Source: Tubiluchus corallicola
Taxonomy: Eukaryota; Animalia; Priapulida
DNA length: 56,583 bases
Assembly: GCA_030141605.1 (NCBI GenBank)
Contig: JAQGDQ010001189.1
Coordinates: forward strand, 1 to 56,583
Reading direction: 5' to 3'
Below, in pieces: positions 38,440 through 56,583 of the stretch. Numbering within the stretch: the stretch's first letter is position 1; every line of letters starts with the position of its first letter. Position numbers and translations under genes: made by a program. The notes under the pieces were generated by a model. The model had not been told where the DNA came from. It made no database searches and saw only the letters and a list, made by a program, of their open reading frames with translations.

Positions 38440-39370
38440 TACGTGAGAAATTTCTAAACACGATAGAAGACAACTCGATAAGTGCAAGTATATTGTGACT
38501 TGTCAAAAGCCTTGACACCATGGACCATTCACTTCTTTTTCATAAACTCTCACATTATGGTGTTGGAGGTTTGGCTTATAACTGGCTCCAAAATTCTCTG
38601 TCTAATAGAATCTAAGTAGTCAGATGTGATAGGTGCCTTTCTAAATCTCAAACTATAACATGCGGAATGCACCAAGGCTTTATACTAGGACCGTTACTAT
38701 TTTTAATTCACATAAATGATTTAAATAAGCTTCTAAATAGAAACAATTTATTTGAATTTGCCGATGACACTACCTTTTGACCTGTGTTATCACTCTGTTG
38801 CATAAATAAGTGAACTCTTAAAAAAATTAATTGCTGACTGGTTTAAGGCAAATCTATTACCATTAAAGTGCACGAAAAAAAATACGTTATTCGCCATTCC
38901 AAAAATAAAAAAATGCTTGACAAAAATGCTTGATTTATATGTGGATGGAGTAATATCGAAAGAGCTAAAACTATAACATTCTTAGTCATCGTGCTCAATG
39001 AAAATTTAGAATGGAAGCCTCATATTATTTATATAAGTTCAAAAATTGCAAAAATACTGGCATCATCTCACTAATTAAAAATTAAATTACAAAAATTTCA
39101 CTTAATTACTATGTATCACTATATACATTATAACTCTCGAACATTATCTCATTCAACTTACTGTAATATTCTATGGGGTAAAAACCCTGCAAATATAAGC
39201 AAAGTCAGACGCCAGCGTAAATTTTTGAGTGTCACTTATAACTTAAGTAAACGAGCCTGGGGTAAACCGATACTTTTTAATAACTGTGAATTTTTATGTT
39301 TCGTTGACTTAGTTTCTTACCATCTCGCTATCTATATGTGCGAAACGCAGTATAGGTTTATTGCCTAGGC
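38440..39370 (+). mobile_element. Decayed LINE reverse transcriptase fragment (CR1/L2 group)
   Basis: Interrupted frames read DLSKA.DTMDHSLLFHKLSHYGVGGLAYNWLQNSLSNR, CGMHQGFILGPLLFLIHINDL, FADDTT, WFKAN, LNENLEWKPHI and YCNILWG, with stops and frameshifts. Confidence 0.85.
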
Positions 39371-40729
39371 ATATCGCAGGTATATTAGTCAGTGTTACAA
39401 CACATTATTGAACATTATATGACTTTAAAAGATGTACTGGATAAATGGGACACAGCTGCTAAAAATGCTTTATCTGAGTAAAGTCTACAGGGCCGCTCAA
39501 AAAGTGTATTTGTCGTTCGAAATATGCCAGTAAAGTAAACAAAGCAGCTCATAATTATGCTGTACATAAACAATACATTTATGTAGCGAAATTCCACAGG
39601 GCAGCCTAAAAATATTTCATTTAAATTACATGAGACACAAAAACATCTTTAAACTCAAATCAACCCAGGAATAAATTTGAACATTGTAGGCAATTCTATC
39701 GCAAATTCAAAGATTTGGAAACTCGCTTAGCCTTCATTGATAGTGTAAAAAACGCCTCAACTGCTTACAAAAACAAAGATGTCTTAAAGAATTGAAAGCT
39801 AGTCAAAGATTCCTTAAACTCGCCGCACGAGACAAGTTTTATTCTTTCAAATTTACACAAAAGGAAAAATTGGGTTAGCATAACGCATAAAAGGGTATAT
39901 CGTTAAACGCAATTATTATGAAAGCGCAGGAATTTTTAATCGTAGGACGTTTATGGATACTCATATTAAATATAGAAATTACGAAGTTGAAATTTACAAT
40001 ATCGCATTATGGTAATGGACGAAGCACAGAGTCAAAATAGTGCAATGTAACTTTAATGTAGAGAATTTGCTGTCTAAATACGTATATATGTTACGTCACA
40101 TTCAGAGATTCGGTGCTGTAACATCTAGTTAGTTTTAACGTTTCTATTTTCGACACTAAATTTTATCTCTTAAAATAATTTCAATAATAAAACACTTGAA
40201 AGAATACCATATTCAATGTGCATTGATATTATATTTGACGAGACAAAACATTGTTGATGTGATGGCAATAATGACATTTTTACTATACGTGTACAAGAAC
40301 ACAATGTTAGACCAAATAAACCGGCATGCTATTATCAAATTATAAAAGTAACTACATTTAGCTTGAATAATAACCTGCACTTGGCATTATGCCAGAAAAT
40401 GAAGGTGACAAACGAACTTTTTAGTTACGCATTGTTTTTTTATTTTCAATTTGTAACGAGACCATGGCATCTACAGAGAGGCAGGGTATTCGGGTAGAGT
40501 TATGGTATCACAATTTCTTTGCGTGCTAAAATTATTATAAAAATTCATCGCGTTTAATCGTATAATACGAATTTCGTGTAAAGAGATTTTATGGGTTATC
40601 TTAAATTGATAACCAAAGCCAGATATGTAGTTAGATGGGCTTGTACACCATTATTAGAATGTAATAACGAGTGAGACAAAAATTCTGACAACGGAACAAA
40701 AAATTTTGTGTTATATATATATATACACT

Positions 40730-41100
40730 ACGTAAACAGTTTCGATAGTGGCCTTTGTACCAAATTACTTCATAAAACTACAAATTGTGGTATTTCAAAC
40801 AACTTGTCATTCTAGATCAAATGTTTTTTGTCAAATCTTCTGCAACGTATCCTGGCACGATTCAGAGGTTATTCAGTGTCTTAGGGTTGCTATTATTTTT
40901 ACTGTTTATCGACGACTTGGCTGAAGTACCTTCTATTAAACGCAAACTTTTTTGCAGACAATTTAGAACATTATGCTTTCCTCAATCAAAACCAAGCATT
41001 TGCTGCTACTATTCAAGTGACAAGTTAGTATATTTATCCAGGTGGTGGCAGCTCAGTATAGCTGCACACAAAAATGCGCATGCTTCCTCTGCTTAAAGGA
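40730..41100 (+). mobile_element. Highly decayed LINE RT remnant
   Basis: SVLGLLLFLLFIDDL, followed by a frameshifted KLFAD-like motif and WQLSIAAHK, matches the RT region around QGSVLGPLLF/FADD. Confidence 0.6.
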
Positions 41101-42617
41101 AAACCGGGTGATTGTTTAGACTCAATCTCACTTTAATTTTCTGTCCAAAATATATATTTTCTTGCCTACAAACGTTAGACAATTGTTTCTTATATTTGAA
41201 TAATTAGTTTAGAAAGTTAATTAACGGAACACAGCTATTGCTTACGTCAGGAACTAACAACAGTTTGTACAATGGCAGGCATCTTCCCTTGCGCGTTAAG
41301 CACGTTTGCATAAGTGTTACAGTACTGCTTAAACGCGTAATGTCACGAAAATGGGCTATATGTCATATGATAAAAGAAACTAACACTGCAGTTCATGATC
41401 ACAGTACCGCCTTCTATCTGTCGGCCACGCGCATGTGACAAAAAAGTGCCGTTGCCAATCTTAGTAGATTTCTCTGAGCCGCGCGTGGCTTTGAAAGTTT
41501 AACAAAATTTGAGTATCCGAGGTAATTATTATTTAATCTAAGCTTTGATTTAAAAAAAACTATTGTAGTTTTCAGTATTACAGAGCTTTCTTTATCCTGA
41601 ACTAATGTTTACACAACCGTCCGGTTTTCTTTTAATGAAAAAACCCATTTCAAAAGTAACTAGACGGCGTCCCTGTAACTTCAAACTATGAACATGCTGA
41701 ATATAAGGGTTAATAATGATATCAGATCTTTAATTCTCTATTTGATAGTAGTCTTCAGGCAACAAAGGCAACACGTATTGCGTAAACACGATCTTTCGAT
41801 GTTTTTATGAAAAGTATAATTATGTAAGACCTTTACAGGGCTATTGTATATGGTCAACGTCTCATTTACTAGACATTAGATTATAAAAAAAATGCAGAGG
41901 TATGTATGAACGAGGAGCGAAGTTAATTATGTGTCATATTTAGACAGCCTCCAGAAGTCAGACGTAATACAGCATTCGATCTAAAAATGGAATTTAAATT
42001 TGCCATAAACTGGTTGGGGTATTTTTTCAGTTTGTTCCCATATACCAGCTTCGGAGATAAAGCTTCAAACTCTTTACTAGTTTATAAATGTTTATAAATA
42101 TTCTTTTGTTAATAGAATTGCTAATTTAAAACTCGATTATAATGTTATAAATGCTCCGAACATGCTTTTTAGTTCTCGATTATCAAATAATTTTCTCTTG
42201 CAGTACTGTAACTTATCGCTTTTTGTAGTTGTAACTTCTCCCGAAGTCACATTCAGACAAAAATTTGTAAACACGCCTTGCGTTTTTTATGCATTTTTTA
42301 AAGCTGCTGTTATTGTGTAGATAAATTACTCATGTATCATATGTAAATATTATGACTGGACCAGCCCAATTGTTGACCCCAGCCTTATAAAAGATTTTAT
42401 AAACGTCTTAATTGTAATTAAGTTTTCTGCATTTCAGTGCTTGGCAGTGTAACATGTGATTACTAAAATGTATTGCTTACTACAGTGTTACGACAAATAA
42501 ACTTACCAATGTAAATATCAGTGACCTTTGTAGCAAATAGCAGTCAGTGTTGGTCTATTGCTTGGCGATCAGTGCGTCCATGCACACTAGCACTAGCCGT
42601 TGTATTTTCACTTGCAG

Positions 42618-42711
42618 GTTTTTACGATATCCTTAATCATTCAGAATTTATATGTTTATAATTAAGGGCCCAAAAAGACGAAGTTGAGCAAGAAACAAGA
42701 CTGCGCTACAG
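42618..42711 (+). other. Probable 5' UTR exon of the sulfotransferase
   Basis: Strong acceptor TTTTCACTTGCAG and donor CAG|GTAAGA about 1.1 kb upstream of the SULT ATG, which is itself preceded by an acceptor (TTTATTAG ending at 43761). Confidence 0.45.
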
Positions 42712-43587
42712 GTAAGACGAATAAAGCAATAACTGTCGGTTTTAATGAAGAGAGAATGAGAATGAAAGAGGAGGAGAGGTGAGGGAGAGGGATCAAGGAA
42801 TAGAGAAGGGCGGAGAAAGACAGAAAGGAACAGAGAAGAGTATAATTAGTTAATTGTCAACGAGAATAATTTATAATAAGAGTTGGGCTCAAGCGAGTTG
42901 TAAAATTATTTTTTAATTGTAAAAAAGATGTCGACGCAGGAAAAAATGACCCGGTATTGTAAATTGTAAATGTCATCTCCTCTCTCTATCCCAATCTCTC
43001 TGAAGTTGTAAATATTTCGTGGAAAATTCTCGTAGATTTTCTCGGTCAAGTGTATGTAAATTTGGGAAACTATAAGCAATAATTCATTTCAGTGTTTAAG
43101 TTGGTTTAAGCTAGTAAATTAAATAAAATAGGTGATTGACAAGATGCACTGTTTTCTTTTGATTAGCTAAGTCGTTATTCAATTCCATAATTGTTTGTTT
43201 TGCGCTAACAAAAATCAGCACTTAAGTTGACAACCATAATATTTACGAGGATAACCTACCCACGTTTTTAATATTTTACGTACAGATATGTACCATAGCG
43301 GGAATCTTTTTTATATAATCGTTTCGCACCTTATTTCCACGGGAATTTCATAGTTTGCTGCGTAAGGGTTTGATGGATAACCATGCTACTGTAACAAGTA
43401 AATTGAATCATGGAAAAAATTAAACGAACTAGGATGCTTGACGGACCATTAGGGCTACAGGATGTGATTTAGTACACATTTACAACATATTTGGTAGTCC
43501 AAAGATGAAATACGGCGTTTCTTCTAAAGTTTCTTAATTTAACTTGCTACATTTTTCTTTGTAAATCCGGTTTTAAACATTTGGGTA

Positions 43588-43708
43588 AAGTTTATCAATT
43601 CCACACACACGAGAAATTAGATCGTAAGCGAATTGCAGTTAGGGTTAAGATTAGGGCTAGGGTTAGAGTATTTAAATTGTGTGTGTGTGGGGGGGGGGTA
43701 GTAAACTT
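43588..43708. mobile_element. Small MITE-like inverted repeat with internal degenerate TTAGGG units
   Basis: AAGTTTA..CACACACAC..AATT is mirrored by AATT-GTGTGTGTG..TAAACTT, enclosing GTTAGGGTTAAGATTAGGGCTAGGGTTAG. Confidence 0.35.
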
Positions 43709-43788
43709 CTTCCAAAAATTTGTTAATTAAGAGAACTGAGGTGTTGATATTCGTTTATTAGAATCTGTTGTCAAGAATACATTAAGAC

Positions 43789-51350
<7,562 letters not shown>

Positions 51351-51627
51351 CACTCGTTGCTTCTATTCCTTATACTTCAACAAAGTTATACTTTGAGATT
51401 TGCCGAAAACTGTGACTACACTGTTTTCCAAAGTGTAGCTAGTGCTCATGCGTGCTGAATACACACTAACAGTATTTTATATTTTCAAGTGAGCAACATG
51501 TTATTGACGTATTGTACTGATTTTGAATACGTTCACAAATTAAATAATGAAATATTGAATTTTTGGTACAGCAAACAATATTTCATTTTGTCTTATGAAA
51601 AGTTTGTCGAATGAAGTGCTCCCGATT

Positions 51628-52003
51628 CTGCAACCGTGTGTCCTACACTGCAACCGTGCCTCCCACATTGCAACCGTGTTTCCTACACTGCAACCGTGCC
51701 TCCTACACTGCAACCGTGTCTCCCACACTGCAGCCGTGTGTCCCACACTGCAACAGTGTTTCCTACACTGCAACCGTGCCTCCCACACTGCAACCGTGTC
51801 TCCTACACTGCAACCCTGCCTTCCACACTGCAACCGTGTTTCCCCACACTGCAACCGTGTCTCCCACACTGCAACCGTGTGTCCCACACTGCAACCGTGT
51901 TTCCCACACTGCAACCGTGTTTCCCACACTGCAACCGTGTCTCCTACACTGCAACCGTGTTTCCCACACTGCAACCGTGTCTCCCACACTACAACCGAGT
52001 CTC
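51628..52003 (+). repeat. 20-bp minisatellite (CTGCAACCGTGTYTCCYACA)n, about 19 units
   Basis: Directly visible. It explains the overlapping spurious ORFs at 51540-52189. A final partial unit resumes at 53175-53189. Confidence 0.95.
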
Positions 52004-53174
52004 GATAGTATGTCGTTTCGCCAGCTATCTTTTCGCCAGTCTGCTTTTTCGCCAGTCTACTTTTTCGCCAGTCCACTTTTTCACCAGTCTACTTTTTCGA
52101 CAGTCTACTTTTTCGTCAGCCTATCTTTGGTGAAAAGTTGTGCTAACAATAATGTAATAATGTGTGATTATGTAACAATAGCAGTGTAATAATGACTAAC
52201 AATGACTTACCTATATATTTAGCAGTCACTATTTGCCAATGGTTTCATTTAAACGCTGTGTGAACGGAAGAACGAAAGTCCTACAAAGGCGCGCCACATA
52301 TCATTGGATTCGCAATGAAACGAAGAATCTGACGCACTGAGTCCAGTTTCCTGTAGCCAGAAAATGGCAATAAAAAGGATATCCGGTCAAAGTTTAACAT
52401 TCAGAATCTGCTGTGATTTTCGTTCTGCGTTGTTTAGTTTCGCATCTTTTTGTAATAACTCAAAAACTAGACAGAACTAGTCCCCCAAACAAGATTCTGA
52501 ATGTTCATATGTTCACATATTGTGGTTAAATGAAATTTAACTCGCAGTCAATCAGAGGGTCACGACCCAAAAGTGTAAACTAATTGGCCCTCTTTCCTAG
52601 CTATAAGCAGGTCAAATTTGGTGGAGTAGTTCTATCTAGTTTTTGAGTTATTCCAAAAAGATATGTATCCTCAGAAACTAAGCATTGTGGAGCAAAAATT
52701 TCAACAGATTCTGAACGTTCACATTCTCGGTATCTAACATCTTACTTATCGCCATATTGTAGTTAAACAAAACTGGACTCGCGATTTTGGTGCAGTGCAT
52801 CATTCTTCGTTTCATGGCGAATCCAATGATATATGGCACGCTTCTGCAGGACATCTTACATTCACAAAACGGTTAAATGAAACCGTGCCGATGCCTAATA
52901 TCTCAATGGTGACTTCTATATACATAGGAAAATTAAGTCTTCATTGTTAGTCATGATTACACTGGCGAAAAAGTGGACTGACGAAAAAGTAGACTGGCGA
53001 AAATGTGGACTGACGAAAAAGTAGATCGGCGAAAAAGTAGGCTGGCTAGAAAAGTAGACTGGCGAAAAAGTGGACTCGCGAAAAAGTAGACTAGCGAAAA
53101 AGTAGACTAGCGAAAAAGTAGACTGGCGAAAAAGTATACCGGCGAAAAAATAATTGGCAAAGTGGGGGATTACC
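52004..53174. mobile_element. Non-autonomous foldback/Mutator-like DNA transposon, 1171 bp, with 9-bp target-site duplication
   Basis: 16-bp tandem units TTTTTCGCCAGTCTAC at the left end and their reverse complement at the right end; long imperfect internal inverted repeats; flanks CCGAGTCTC (51995-52003) and CCGTGTCTC (53175-53183); G...C termini; no coding capacity. Confidence 0.8.
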
Positions 53175-53269
53175 CCGTGTCTCCCACACGCATTTCTTTA
53201 TACCCGTTTTAATTAGCGCATTTCTTCACACCTGAACAAAATCCTGTTGTTCAACCGGCAAACAATTCT

Positions 53270-53480
53270 CTAGAACAATAACGAAGACGACGATTTTTCC
53301 ACTGCTGCTGCAACCACAGCAACAACAAAAACCACAAACGACAACAAAGCAACAGTAGCAGCAACAGCAACAATCAGCAAGAGTAACAACAACAAGAAGA
53401 ACAACGATAGAGGTGGCGGCGGCGGCGGCGGCAGCAGCAGCAGCAGCAACAACAAAAATAACAACAACAACGAAGAAAAC
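53270..53480 (+). repeat. Degenerate (CAA/CAG/GGC)n trinucleotide tract
   Basis: Directly visible. Confidence 0.85.
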
Positions 53481-54380
53481 GTCAACTTGTCACACTGCGT
53501 AAGGAATAATAATGAAATCGAAAAGAAATAAAAAACCGCAATTGAACAGCATCATCATTTAGAATTCTGCAACAAAACCCACTTTGTAAGAAATTCAACT
53601 CATTAATATTTACAAACTGTCACCACATCAAAGAGTATGAAGAGTAAAAGGAATTTAGTCCACCGAAACCTGCAAGATTGTTGCCCTGAGCACTATTTCA
53701 AAATTGACACTTCTGTGAACGCGTTGCTGAACTAGACTATAATAACGAATAAACAAAATTGAAACTAGGACTTTAAACGATGTTTTTGACCCCTCCCCTC
53801 ATAGCAATAAGAAGAAAATTTACCTGAAACTAGGTAGATTCTCATAAAGCAATAAAACTGTAAGTCATACAAAAACATACCTGCTACATATACGAGTCAC
53901 TTTTACTTACTTTAACCTAATTATTGTCATTATTTTCTTCACTATTGAACGGATTGAATAAACAGCTGAATTTAAAGAAGTATGCATGATATGATATGAT
54001 AAGCAGGCATGATAGAAAAGATGTGTAACATGTTAAGCTTTGATAGTTCCATGAATTATTGATATATGGTAATTTCACATTTTATGTTAGTACATTGTGA
54101 GAATAATAATACTGAGAATCGTAAATCACCTAACCCCAAAGGCATAATAATACATATTGCGAATAATATATTATAATACTAGTTAATGAAATTCAAATGT
54201 CGTGTTTTAAGACGGTATAATTTATTCATGATATTAAATCGTGCCAAATCAAATTATACACTCAAACAGAAACGGTGATGTATATCGTGTTAGCCTATTA
54301 GACCCGTCGTTAAAGCTCAAACATTTTTTGCAAAATAACCCATTCGAAGTACAGGCAATACCCTGACGCACGCTTGCAGT

Positions 54381-54650
54381 ATCATCATTATTATTATTAT
54401 TTAGAGTCGGCTTAAATATCAACAGACAACACAAGCCTACCATGAGGTTTTTACCACCGATTGCAAATAACAAATTACAACTAGATAACACAGATTATTA
54501 TTGACACTTTTAACCCTAAATACCACACGCCAGGCAGGGCAACAGCAGGTACTATTTTTTGAAGTCTTGGGTATCACTTAGCCGAAGTTTGAATTCACGA
54601 TTTCCCAGACGGACAGCGGACGCGACACCACTATACTACATTGCCTGGCC
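54381..54650 (-). mobile_element. tRNA-derived SINE, possibly MetaSINE-type
   Basis: Minus strand: A-box-like TAGTATAGTGGT, B-box-like GAATTCAAAC, then ATACCCAAGACTTCAAAAAATAGTACCTGCTGTTGCCCTGCCTGGCG, which resembles the Meta central domain as I recall it, and an (AAT)n tail. Confidence 0.55.
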
Positions 54651-55224
54651 AACCTACTAGCTACTGGATGCTCGCGTTCTACCACAAAACATATTTTTCA
54701 AGTGGAAGAAATCACTAACCAATTGTGCAGCAACATGTGTACACGTTATTAGGGAACATTAATCAAAATAAGTAATTGTTTTTTGCGAGCGAGTAGAAAA
54801 ATGGTTGCTAAGGTGACCAAAGTCTTCAAAAGTATGATTACAGGCAACTTGAATCTGAAAAAAGTTACAAGCAGAACTTTATCAGTGCTGGATTCTAGGT
54901 AGTGAATTATTACGAAAAATTTGACAGCGAAAGTTTTCGTTGTTGATTTTTTTCTCGTAGCCGCTTTTCCAGTCTTATGTTAATGTCCTACAGAGATTTG
55001 CTCCATCATAGCCAAATCACAGACTTAATTCATGTCGGTAATTTGTAAATAAGGTGCGGAAAGAATAAATCAAGGAACAGGGCAAAATAAAGTTTTGCAT
55101 GCACGTGAATGATTTTGGCTGAATAAAAATCTGATTTTAGGATCGAACTTGAATTATTGTGGAAAACTGTCATAACGATATCGCCAACTTTGCGGCTGGA
55201 CTTCGTCCGTAAAGCCTTAGCTAA

Positions 55225-55735
55225 TATTTATTTATTTTATTTTTATTTCAGCTCATAGACATAATCCTAAGCCATAAAAATACAATAATTACTTAAAAAC
55301 TAATTATAAAAACATAAACTTACAATTTACAGAAAAAATAAGAAGAGGAATTATTTAAAATGTTTACAAAAGTGACATACATTAAAAGTACATTAAAATT
55401 ATATTCCAACAGACAAAAATTATGAAGTTTGTTTCATCACTATTGTAAATTATATGTTTTTTAAACCATTACACGAGTTTAAAACACGTCAATGAAGACT
55501 ATGTGTACATTTACGCAAAATAACTTTAAAATGATTAATACCATTTCATACACAGATTGTAGAAGCTCGAGTACCATATCTATATTTGAAGAATTTTACC
55601 ATAACTGTGTAGTAAGCAGACTTTAGCTTATTAAAGTTGTGCACGTAATATTCCGTCCAGAGATTGTAACAAGAAAATAACGAACAGTTTGACTGAAATA
55701 GCGTACGTTTTACATACTTTACATCAATATGTGGT
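55225..55735 (-). mobile_element. 3' end of a decayed non-LTR retrotransposon
   Basis: VKRTLFQSNCSLFSCYNLWTEY...KLKSAYY...RYGTRASTICV*NGINHFKVILRK resembles LINE ORF2 C-terminal sequence and is followed on the minus strand by an (AAAT/AAAAT)n tail at about 55225-55250. Confidence 0.55.
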
Positions 55736-56583
55736 ACGGTGAAGCAAACTTCGACGATTATCCTATTATTAATTATTAGCCTCTCGTTTTTCTGGCGTGT
55801 TCCTGATATCAAGGCAACGCAGGCTGTAAATTCGCAATGACCAATGACTGTGCCGGATGGTCGCAATTAACTGCAGATCATCAGGATACGATAATTACGC
55901 ATTTTATGCTTGCAAGACAAAAAACGCAACCTTCAATTCTGCTGAAAGCGTTACTGTAGATTACAGTAAAGACGACAGGACTAATAACTTTAAGACACGT
56001 CCCTGATAAGCATCAATTTAAACATTATAAAAAAGCAGTTTGTTTTGCCAGCATGTCAATCGTTTGCGCTATTGCTCGTTGATGCTATTCTGTCATCAAT
56101 CATCTATTTTGATTTGGTAATACCCACTTCAAGTATGCAAATTATAGGCTTTGTATTGCTGAAATTAACATTCAGTGGAGAACAAATTTTGAAGAAGATT
56201 CAGCTTTGATAGAAATTTTCACTTTTACTATGCTCCTCGAGGCTGGGCAATAAAATGTCCCACAACGGGGTCAGACAAAAGAAACTGCCCTTTGGCCATA
56301 GTTTTAACACTTTCTCGTCTTTCAAGTAGCATAATAAATTTCACCAACTGTCTCTAGTCGCTGACACAATTCATAAAAAATCGATTTGATCGATTAACAC
56401 ACTTATGGAACAAATAATTCTGCGTCCATTTTTAGACATGAAATATACTGGCTATTTTTTGTGTCATGGGCGCTGTGTACCCGATATATAATAAATGAAC
56501 CATGTATAAATTCGGTCACATCACGTTGTCTGGAGTCAACGGACGAAATACTGCTTGGTGAGTGTTCCACAGTGATGCAGTAA

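Noticed and set aside
42880-42890. GAGTTGGGCTC, matching the vertebrate telomerase RNA P6.1 hairpin as I recall it
   Set aside because: Only 11 nt, with no adjacent P6/P5 helices, template or H/ACA domain visible; chance is likely.
43638-43667. Interstitial telomere
   Set aside because: Only about five degenerate TTAGGG units, inside a small inverted repeat; more likely part of a MITE.
51540-52189. Five overlapping Cys/His-rich ORFs; superficially CRISPR-like periodicity
   Set aside because: A head-to-tail 20-bp minisatellite with no unique spacers, no cas genes and a eukaryotic context.

Overview
AT-rich (roughly one third GC by eye) eukaryotic genomic DNA, most likely from an invertebrate animal; the taxon cannot be fixed from the sequence. 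Five intron-containing protein genes were assembled by hand from splice sites, each giving an open frame. (1) NME6-type nucleoside diphosphate kinase, minus strand, 6 coding exons, 14074->4510. (2) Head-to-head with it, a divergent PKA type II regulatory-subunit paralogue, plus strand, 11 coding exons, 15216-24614. It keeps the D/D domain and RII exon architecture but lacks the RRxS inhibitor site and key cAMP-binding residues in both pockets. (3, 4) Two tandem paralogous secreted, Cys-free, Gly/Gln/Tyr-rich proteins (31194-32427, 35043-36725) sharing a strongly conserved ~95-aa core that I do not recognise. (5) A cytosolic sulfotransferase (43789-51350). Introns and intergenic DNA hold decayed LINE fragments, tRNA- and 5S-derived SINE remnants, non-autonomous DNA transposons (including a foldback element with a 9-bp TSD), a 311-bp tandem duplication, a 20-bp minisatellite and long microsatellites. 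Best leads: the apparent pseudo-regulatory subunit, a densely structured candidate poison exon in NME6 intron 1 whose two splice sites pair with one overlapping central sequence, and the secreted protein pair. All gene models are manual predictions without transcript support.
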